Assembly: GCA_902768125.1 (NCBI GenBank)
Contig: CACXKA010000005.1
Coordinates: forward strand, 23,643 to 87,642
Length of the DNA: 64,000 nucleotides
Reading direction: 5' to 3'
From: an uncultured Bacteroidales bacterium
Lineage (GTDB): Bacteria; Bacteroidota; Bacteroidia; Bacteroidales; Bacteroidaceae
In this document: in pieces, positions 56,997-64,000 of the stretch
Layout of the letters: the number at the start of each line of letters is the position of its first letter
Position numbering within the stretch: position 1 is the first letter of the stretch
Position numbers and translations under genes: made by a program
The notes under the pieces: generated by a model
What the model was told of the DNA's origin: nothing
Databases searched by the model: none
What the model saw: only the letters and a program-made list of their open reading frames with translations

Positions 56997-57545
56997 ATGA
57001 CGAACGGAAGCATTGCTAAGAGATATGCCACAGCCTTGTATGAAGAGGCACAGGCGCAATTCGTGGAACAACAAATCTACGAACACTTGGGTGTGCTTCA
57101 TCATTCCATGAAAGTTGAGCCTGACTTACAGATGGCACTTATCAATCCTCGTGTGCTGGTTGAGAAGAAGTACACGCTCCTGTTACTTGCCTCGGGACTT
57201 GACCCTGAAGCCACCACCCTTTACACGAGGTTCATTCGTCTTCTTCTGGAGAATCGTCGTGAAGATCAGTTGCGACTCATCATCTTCATCTATCGGGATA
57301 TGTACCGAGAGCATCATGGCATTGACCGTGTGGTGTTCGAAACAGCCGTACCTGTCGATGATGAGGTCGTTGAACACCTGACCGAACACATCAAGGCTCA
57401 CCGACACCGTGAAGTGGAATGCAAGCGTAGGGTGAACCCACGACTTATTGGTGGTTTCCGTCTCCGCATCGGTGACCGCCGTTACGATTACAGTTATCAA
57501 CATCAATTGGAACTCATTAGAAAAGAATTATGTCCGACCCAATAA
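56997..57545 (+). CDS. atpH: F0F1 ATP synthase subunit delta (OSCP)
   Basis: I chose the ATG at 56997 ([18 protein letters not shown], a typical delta N-terminus). The track start at 56964 is TTG and lies inside atpF. Confidence 0.85.
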   Translation: MTNGSIAKRYATALYEEAQAQFVEQQIYEHLGVLHHSMKVEPDLQMALINPRVLVEKKYTLLLLASGLDPEATTLYTRFIRLLLENRREDQLRLIIFIYRDMYREHHGIDRVVFETAVPVDDEVVEHLTEHIKAHRHREVECKRRVNPRLIGGFRLRIGDRRYDYSYQHQLELIRKELCPTQ

Positions 57546-59116
57546 AAGTAAGTGAAGTGACAGCGATGCTGCGCCAGCAACTCGCCGACATCGACATCGA
57601 AGAGAACACCCTCGGCAATGAAACAGAGGTGGGAACCGTGCTGACCGTCAGTGATGGTGTGGTACGTGCCTATGGTCTGCGCAATGCCGAAGCAGGCGAA
57701 CTCCTCCAATTCGACAATGGCATGGAGGCCATCGTGATGAATCTCGAGGAAGACAATGTAGGTGCTGTGTTGTTGGGACCTACTGACAACATTGAAGAGG
57801 GAGATGCCGTGAAACGTACGGGACGTATTGCCTCCATTTCCGTTAGCGACAACATGATCGGTCGTGTGGTTGACACCCTCGGACATCCTATCGACGGCAA
57901 AGGTGCCATCACAGGAGAAGCCTTCGATATGCCACTGGAACGCAAAGCCCCTGGTGTGATCTTCCGTCAACCCGTGAATGAGCCTTTGCAGACAGGTCTG
58001 AAAGCCGTGGATGCCATGATTCCAATTGGTCGTGGACAGCGAGAACTCATCATTGGCGACCGTCAGACAGGCAAGACTGCCATTGCCATTGATACCATCA
58101 TCAACCAGCGTGCCAACTACGAAGCAGGCAAGCCCGTCTATTGTATCTACGTTGCCATCGGACAGAAGGGTTCCACCGTTGCCACCATCGTGAACATCTT
58201 GCAACAGAAGGGGGCGATGGATTACACGATCGTCGTATCCGCCACTGCCAGCGACCCTGCCGCTATGCAGTACTACGCTCCTTTTGCTGGTGCTGCCATC
58301 GGTGAGTACTTCCGTGACACAGGCCGCCATGCTCTTGTAGTGTATGATGACCTCTCGAAACAGGCGGTGGCTTACCGTGAGGTGTCACTGATTCTAAAAC
58401 GTCCTTCGGGCCGTGAAGCATATCCTGGTGATATTTTCTACTTGCATTCACGTTTGCTTGAACGTGCCGCCAAGATCATCGCTCAGCAAGAAGTGGCTGA
58501 GCAGATGAACGACCTACCCGACTGTCTGAAGGGAAAAGTGAGAGGTGGCGGTTCATTGACCGCACTGCCCATCATCGAGACACAGGCAGGCGATGTCTCG
58601 GCATATATTCCCACCAATGTCATCTCCATCACCGACGGACAGATTTTCTTGGAAACAGACCTGTTCAACCAAGGAGTACGTCCCGCCATCAACGTGGGTA
58701 TCTCAGTATCCCGTGTAGGTGGAAATGCTCAATTGAAATCCATGAAGAAGGTGGCTGGAACCTTGAAGATTGATCAGGCACAATATCGTGAGTTGGAATC
58801 CTTCTCGAAGTTTGGCAGTGACATGGATCCCGTCACGGCTTTCATCATTGACAAAGGACGTAAGAACGCCCAGCTGCTTATCCAGAAGCAGTACCAACCC
58901 ATGCCTGTAGAGGAACAGATTGCCATTCTCTACTGCGGCACACATGGCCTGTTGCGTGACATCCCCGTAGAGCGTGCCCGTGAGTTCGAAACTGCCTTTC
59001 TGGATTTGCTGCGCACCACCCACCAAGACGATGTGCTGACTCCGCTCAAAGAAGGAAAGATTGATGACAACATCACCAGTATCATCGAGGAAACCGCAGC
59101 ATCTGTCAAATTGTAA
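57530..59116 (+). CDS. atpA: F0F1 ATP synthase subunit alpha
   Basis: 528 aa. The Walker A motif is GDRQTGKT, with a conserved alpha-subunit core. Confidence 0.97.
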   Translation: MSDPIKVSEVTAMLRQQLADIDIEENTLGNETEVGTVLTVSDGVVRAYGLRNAEAGELLQFDNGMEAIVMNLEEDNVGAVLLGPTDNIEEGDAVKRTGRIASISVSDNMIGRVVDTLGHPIDGKGAITGEAFDMPLERKAPGVIFRQPVNEPLQTGLKAVDAMIPIGRGQRELIIGDRQTGKTAIAIDTIINQRANYEAGKPVYCIYVAIGQKGSTVATIVNILQQKGAMDYTIVVSATASDPAAMQYYAPFAGAAIGEYFRDTGRHALVVYDDLSKQAVAYREVSLILKRPSGREAYPGDIFYLHSRLLERAAKIIAQQEVAEQMNDLPDCLKGKVRGGGSLTALPIIETQAGDVSAYIPTNVISITDGQIFLETDLFNQGVRPAINVGISVSRVGGNAQLKSMKKVAGTLKIDQAQYRELESFSKFGSDMDPVTAFIIDKGRKNAQLLIQKQYQPMPVEEQIAILYCGTHGLLRDIPVERAREFETAFLDLLRTTHQDDVLTPLKEGKIDDNITSIIEETAASVKL

Positions 59117-59129
59117 ATTGTAAATCATC

Positions 59130-60053
59130 TTGTCTTCGCTCAAAGAAATAAAAAGTCGCATCGCGTCAGTCCGCAGTACGCAGAAAATCACCAGTGCCAT
59201 GCGCATGGTGGCAAGCGCGAAACTCCATCACACCCAAGGTATGACGGAGGCTTTCCTGCGGTATAAAGATGAGTTGGAGAAGATTGTGAAGACCCTCTCC
59301 CATAATGGGGAGGGAGACCATCTAGATGGTTCTCTCAATGACGGGGGAGATGTCCGTCAGGACAAAGAGGGTCTTAAGTCCATTCTTCTTATTCCCGTCT
59401 CTTCCAACAGCGGCCTTTGTGGTGCCTTTAACAGCAACATTGCCAAGGCGACCATGCAACGAATCCAGGAGTTGGAGTCACAGGGGAAGAAAGTGCGCCT
59501 TTTACCCATCGGCAAGAAGATTGCCCATGAACTGAAAAAAGTTGGAAAAGACTTCCATGCCAACTTTGTTGAGTTGCTGGACAAGATAGAAAAAAGCAAT
59601 AACTTCACTGATGTTTCTACGCTTGTAGAGCAGGCTTGTGAATGGCAGCAAAACAACGAGATAGATAGTGTGGAGTTCCTATATCACCATTTCAAATCGA
59701 TGGGAAGTCAAGTTATTCAAGTTGATCAACTTAACATGAGTCCTAACGATAACGTTGACGAGAACCTTCAACTTTCAACTTTCAACTTTCAACCCTCATC
59801 TTATCTCACAGAGCCTTCCCACGAGGAACTTCTCCAATCTCTTTTCCCTCGTCTGCAAAACGCTCAGGTTTATGGTATCTTGCTTGACTCCCTCACCAGC
59901 GAACACGCAGCCCGTATGCTTGCGATGCAGACGGCCGATGACAATGCCAACGACTTGTTGAAAGAACTCACTTTACTTTATAACAAGACCCGTCAGCAAG
60001 CCATCACCAACGAACTCATTGACATCATGTCTGGGAAAATCGGGCAGAATTGA
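59130..60053 (+). CDS. atpG: F0F1 ATP synthase subunit gamma, TTG start
   Basis: The N-terminus (M)SSLKEIKSRIASVRSTQKIT matches the conserved gamma start. It is only reachable from the TTG at 59130, because an in-frame stop lies at 59121 and no ATG comes before the conserved residues. Confidence 0.9.
   Translation: MSSLKEIKSRIASVRSTQKITSAMRMVASAKLHHTQGMTEAFLRYKDELEKIVKTLSHNGEGDHLDGSLNDGGDVRQDKEGLKSILLIPVSSNSGLCGAFNSNIAKATMQRIQELESQGKKVRLLPIGKKIAHELKKVGKDFHANFVELLDKIEKSNNFTDVSTLVEQACEWQQNNEIDSVEFLYHHFKSMGSQVIQVDQLNMSPNDNVDENLQLSTFNFQPSSYLTEPSHEELLQSLFPRLQNAQVYGILLDSLTSEHAARMLAMQTADDNANDLLKELTLLYNKTRQQAITNELIDIMSGKIGQN
59765..59797 (+). repeat. 7-nt tandem array (TCAACTT x3 + TCAACC) inside atpG
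   Basis: CCTTCAACTTTCAACTTTCAACTTTCAACCCTC encodes NLQLSTFNFQPS. Confidence 0.9.
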
Positions 60054-60143
60054 TGACAAAAGAAGAGAAAAATAGGCTTTTTCTCTTGGTACTATGCTCA
60101 CTTTTCCGTACCTTCGCACGCTTTTTACCAACACAAACGATTC

Positions 60144-63100
60144 ATGGTATTCGACAAGTACGAACAATTGAGCGAAGATGCACAAAGGTTGCTATGCTTC
60201 TATGCCGATACAGGGCTTGATTCCAACAAGCGGATGGATGAACACATCTATATTTTGGGGCAGTATTGTTTCAAAGTGTTCAATGGCAAAGCAGCATTGG
60301 AAGAACTGATACAGAAAGGCATTTTCACAGAGGAGGGAAAGGACTGGTATTCCAACATGCCAAAATATGGTATCAACGAGGATGATTTCATCCCTGTTTT
60401 GTGGTATCTGTATGAATACCGCAAGGATTTGCTGTTGACTTTCAAGAAACTGCAACCCATCAGCGGCCAGACCTATATGTTCGTACGCTATGCTGTCAAA
60501 CAGTTGGTGGAGAGCAATTATCAACTGTGCAGTAGTGCCAACGTGATTGGGAAAGACCAAGTTCATCTTTTCTACAGCGTTGCCACAGAACCACGTTTCC
60601 AGCCTTTATTTGAGAACTTCCAAACCGAGTCTTTCATTCAGTTCTATGGGCATCTGAGCAATTACCTCATTAACCAAGACATGGTGGTTGACCCCACATT
60701 GGCACTCACCATCATCAGTCATTACAACGCCATCACCGAATCTGTGCGATGCCGTCTCTTGGCTGAAATAGAACTTTACGAATACATTGCCACAGGACAA
60801 ACCCCTTCTGGAGGTATCTACTCTAATATTTCCGCAGGCTTCATCATGGGTGCCTTACGAAACCTCTGTGCCAGTAAGCACCTTGAATCGGCACAATGGT
60901 TTGATATGGCATTGAAGACCCAACTGAAGGAAGGAGGCAAGAGAGGGTATTTCTCAAACGGGCTGATGACCTTCTACTTGGTGTTATCTTATATGGTGGT
61001 CGCTTCCGAAAGCAAAGAAGAGAATGAAAAAATTGCCACTGCCTGTCGCAACAGGCTCAAGGAGCTCGTGGCAAACATGGAAGTGAGAACCAATCACGCT
61101 ATGTTACCAGCCAGGATACTGGCAGAGGACTTCTGCAACATCAACATCTCCCTGCACAGGGAACAAGTACAACATTGTTATGAATGGGGAGTAAAAGGGG
61201 TATTACCCCCCATCTACCGTTCGTTGGCATTCCTGATTGCCAACTATTTAGGTTATTCAACCAGCGAGATGGATCTTAACCCCTGCATTCCCAAGCTTGC
61301 CTTGCTGCAACATGAGATGTCCAAATATCTGCCCCTTTACGATAATGAACGCGAATCGCTGCGCCATCGGTTTGGTGACCACCCTACCCTCGTGAACATT
61401 TACCACAAGGCAGAATGGGAATCGGTGCTGGAGGACCTGATGGGTGAAGCTGACGGTAGCAAGCCTGTGATTGAAGTACCAGACACACGGCTGATGTATA
61501 TCCGTGAATCCAACGACTCGCATGTGATTCAGGTGAGAGAACAAACTCGCCTGAAAAATGGGGCATGGGGAAATGGCAAGCGACTTAGTGAAGCCCGATA
61601 TAGAAAAGGTGATTTAGAATACATGAACAATGCCGATCGTCGCATTCTGGCACGATTGAACCATAGTGAGCATTGGGAATTACAATTGGAACACGTGATC
61701 GAGGAGATGGTGGACGAAAGCCGTCTGTATGTGGGACGCACGGCACCATTCGAGCTGGTGAAAGTAGATCGGGACAAACCTTATCTGATTGTAGAGAAAG
61801 AGGATGATCGATTTGTGGTCAAGTCGAATGTTCCATTAGGCAACGCCAAGGATGACCTTGTGATTGTGGAAGATTCACCCACGCACTACAGCCTCATCAA
61901 CATACCCAACGAGATACGTGGCTATTACGTGAAACTGCTGCAGTTAGGCAGTCTTCCTTTGGAAGCAGAAGATACCCTGAGAAGCCTTTTGGCAAAAATT
62001 GGTGGCAAAGTGGAACTGCATTCCTCCCTCATAGAAGGAGGCAGCACTCTACCATTGGTCGATGGACAATGGAATGTCGGCTTCAAGCTCAGCCCCAAGC
62101 AGAGCAGCAACTGGGAAGTGGAGATTATTGTACGCCCATTACAAGGAGGAAAGAAAACGTTCCCATTAGGAAAGGGTGACGACACCATCATTGATGAAAA
62201 TGAGGAGGGTCGCAAGAGAGTGAAGCGCAATATGGAGATGGAACGGCAGAATCTCGAATTGGTACGTGCTTTTTGGCACACGGAGGGGTATGAAGAAGAG
62301 GAGCCCGTCTATCCCCCAGAATTCATGCTTGACCTCGTGCAACTGATACAAAACAATCCCGATACATTTTACGCTGAATGGCCAGAAGGACAAGGTTTCA
62401 AAATCCGTTCCCTTTCCAAAGGTATGGGTTCATGGAATGGCGTTCTTCGCCAACGTGGACAGTGGTTTGACATCGAGGGAGACGTCAATATTGACGAACA
62501 GACACGCATCAGCATCAGCGAACTGCTGGAACTGGTGGGTAAGAGCAAGGGAAAGTTTGTAAAGATCGCAGAAGGCGAGTTCCTTGCCCTAAGTGAGAAA
62601 CTGAGAAACCAGTTAAAAGCCCTTGACGCTCTTGCCAACCGTGAACGCGGAAAGATCAAGATTTCACCTTTCAGTGCAGCCCTGATGGGAGATGAACTCA
62701 TGGATGGTGAGATGAAGCTGCACATGGACGAGAAACTGCTGGAAATCCGCCAACGCATCCTCGACAGTTCTAACTATAGTCCTGCCATTCCGAAAGAGCT
62801 CAATGCCACCTTACGTCCATATCAAAAGAACGGTTATCTTTGGATAGCCCGCCTCAACAGTTGGGGAGCAGGTGCCTTGCTTGCCGATGACATGGGACTT
62901 GGTAAGACCATACAAACCATCACATTCCTCCTGCTGAAGAAGGATGAAGGACCATCGCTTGTGGTGGCTCCTGCCTCTGTTGCTCCCAACTGGAAGACGG
63001 AAATGGAGAAGTTTGCCCCAACGCTCAACGTGGAGATTCTCAACTTCTCTGCCGACCGACTGAAAACCATTCAAGACGCCAAGGCGGGTGATGTGATTGT

Positions 63101-64000
63101 GACCACCTATGGCATCTTGCTCAGCATACAAGAGTACATCACCAAGAAGCATTGGAATGTGGCGTGTCTGGATGAAGCACACATCATCAAGAACCGAGGC
63201 GCCAAGACCAGTGCTGCAGCCATGAAGATACAGGCAGACAACCGAGTGATGTTGACGGGTACGCCTGTGCAAAACCACTTAGGTGAGCTGTGGAGTCTCT
63301 TCCAGTTTGTCAATCCTGGACTCTTGGGAAACTACGAACATTTTTCCCAGAAATTCATCATCCCCATCGAAGGACACCAAGACAAGGAGAAGCAGGCACA
63401 ACTCGAAAGCATTGTACATCCCTTCATGCTGAGACGTACAAAGCAAGCTGTGCTGAAGGAACTTCCTGAAAAGACAGAAATATACCATGCAGTGGAACTG
63501 AACCGCGATGAACTCGCCATTTACGAGAGCATCCGCACTCGTGCCGAGAAGATGCTGCAAGCCTCAGGAGCAGAAATTGACATGCATGTATTGGCGGAAA
63601 TCACCCGATTGCGACAGGCAGCATGTAGCGCCCAGCTCATCGAACCCAAATGGGCAGGCGAATGCTCTAAGATCACGGCACTTACAGAACTGCTGCAAGG
63701 TGTCATCGAGGGTGGCAACACTGCCTTGGTATTCAGTCAGTTCGTCAGTTTCTTCGACCTCGTCAGGAAAGAACTCGATCGTCTCGGAATGCCTTACTTC
63801 TACATCGATGGAAGTGTACCGATGAAACAGCGTACAGACATGGTCGATGCCTTCCAACGTGGCGAGAAACCTCTCTTCCTCATCAGCCTCAAGGCTGGTG
63901 GATTGGGCCTCAACCTCACACAAGCCAACTATGTCTTCCATCTCGATCCGTGGTGGAATCCTGCCGTTGAGCAGCAAGCCACCGACCGAACCTACCGTAT
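60144..64000 (+). CDS. SNF2-family helicase with an N-terminal region of about 890 aa of unknown function; 3' end outside the window
   Basis: This ORF is not in the supplied track. Frame 3 is open from the stop at 60054-60056 to the window end, and the first ATG is at 60144. My hand translation gives the following SNF2 motifs. Motif I: LRPYQKNGYLW and LADDMGLGKT. Motif II: LDEAHIIKN. Motif III: LTGTPVQNHLGELW. Helicase-C region: LISLKAGGLGLNLT. Motif VI: QATDRTYR. A TACCTTCG -7-like box lies at 60109-60116. Confidence 0.9.
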   Translation, partial: MVFDKYEQLSEDAQRLLCFYADTGLDSNKRMDEHIYILGQYCFKVFNGKAALEELIQKGIFTEEGKDWYSNMPKYGINEDDFIPVLWYLYEYRKDLLLTFKKLQPISGQTYMFVRYAVKQLVESNYQLCSSANVIGKDQVHLFYSVATEPRFQPLFENFQTESFIQFYGHLSNYLINQDMVVDPTLALTIISHYNAITESVRCRLLAEIELYEYIATGQTPSGGIYSNISAGFIMGALRNLCASKHLESAQWFDMALKTQLKEGGKRGYFSNGLMTFYLVLSYMVVASESKEENEKIATACRNRLKELVANMEVRTNHAMLPARILAEDFCNINISLHREQVQHCYEWGVKGVLPPIYRSLAFLIANYLGYSTSEMDLNPCIPKLALLQHEMSKYLPLYDNERESLRHRFGDHPTLVNIYHKAEWESVLEDLMGEADGSKPVIEVPDTRLMYIRESNDSHVIQVREQTRLKNGAWGNGKRLSEARYRKGDLEYMNNADRRILARLNHSEHWELQLEHVIEEMVDESRLYVGRTAPFELVKVDRDKPYLIVEKEDDRFVVKSNVPLGNAKDDLVIVEDSPTHYSLINIPNEIRGYYVKLLQLGSLPLEAEDTLRSLLAKIGGKVELHSSLIEGGSTLPLVDGQWNVGFKLSPKQSSNWEVEIIVRPLQGGKKTFPLGKGDDTIIDENEEGRKRVKRNMEMERQNLELVRAFWHTEGYEEEEPVYPPEFMLDLVQLIQNNPDTFYAEWPEGQGFKIRSLSKGMGSWNGVLRQRGQWFDIEGDVNIDEQTRISISELLELVGKSKGKFVKIAEGEFLALSEKLRNQLKALDALANRERGKIKISPFSAALMGDELMDGEMKLHMDEKLLEIRQRILDSSNYSPAIPKELNATLRPYQKNGYLWIARLNSWGAGALLADDMGLGKTIQTITFLLLKKDEGPSLVVAPASVAPNWKTEMEKFAPTLNVEILNFSADRLKTIQDAKAGDVIVTTYGILLSIQEYITKKHWNVACLDEAHIIKNRGAKTSAAAMKIQADNRVMLTGTPVQNHLGELWSLFQFVNPGLLGNYEHFSQKFIIPIEGHQDKEKQAQLESIVHPFMLRRTKQAVLKELPEKTEIYHAVELNRDELAIYESIRTRAEKMLQASGAEIDMHVLAEITRLRQAACSAQLIEPKWAGECSKITALTELLQGVIEGGNTALVFSQFVSFFDLVRKELDRLGMPYFYIDGSVPMKQRTDMVDAFQRGEKPLFLISLKAGGLGLNLTQANYVFHLDPWWNPAVEQQATDRTYR

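Overview
The window looks like a Bacteroidota chromosome, most likely Prevotella/Segatella-like. This is inferred from TAnnTTTG -7 promoter boxes before most genes, an HTCS regulator, many T9SS C-terminal sorting tails, and the atpDC-BEFHAG gene order. Content from left to right:
- 1-1086: the 3' end of a GH2 beta-galactosidase.
- 1.2-6.5 kb: an M13 peptidase and an ECF sigma/anti-sigma module.
- 6.6-9.7 kb: a TPP riboswitch followed by a TonB-dependent receptor and a PnuC-family transporter.
- 9.8-10.9 kb: an AAA ATPase gene bracketed by repeats.
- 11.6-16.0 kb: DUF1460, a ferredoxin, ABC-F and an RlpA-like gene.
- 16.1-16.4 kb: tRNA-fMet and tRNA-Leu.
- 16.7-50.9 kb: a long minus-strand xylan/hemicellulose-degrading cluster. 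It holds an HTCS regulator, a 1193-aa T9SS protein, a GH10-esterase fusion, GH43, GH95, CotH, two GH115 paralogs, and two CE1/PHB-depolymerase-type esterases. No SusC/SusD pair is present.
- 51-53.3 kb: an M6 protease and a gamma-carbonic anhydrase.
- 53.5-60.1 kb: a complete F-type ATP synthase operon.
- 60144 to the window end: a large SNF2-family helicase ORF that is missing from the supplied ORF track.

The most unusual element is a 4,756-bp four-gene cassette at 37130-41933. It is bounded by 47/48-identical direct repeats and sits between the two GH115 paralogs. It encodes a primase-like/P-loop protein and three unassignable proteins. It also carries iteron-like 9-10-mer arrays and a 95% AT tract, but no recombinase. 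I read it as a candidate integrated mini-replicon or satellite of unknown function.

Other points worth a second look:
- Two paralogous promoter-to-terminator modules that look like sRNA genes.
- A recurring G(T/A)TACAT motif upstream of the glycan genes.
- A pervasive family of 7-8-nt tandem arrays that form intergenic hairpins and also run in frame into ABC-F, atpG and one GH115.

Several ORF-track starts are GTG/TTG, and I moved them to ATGs supported by promoter position.
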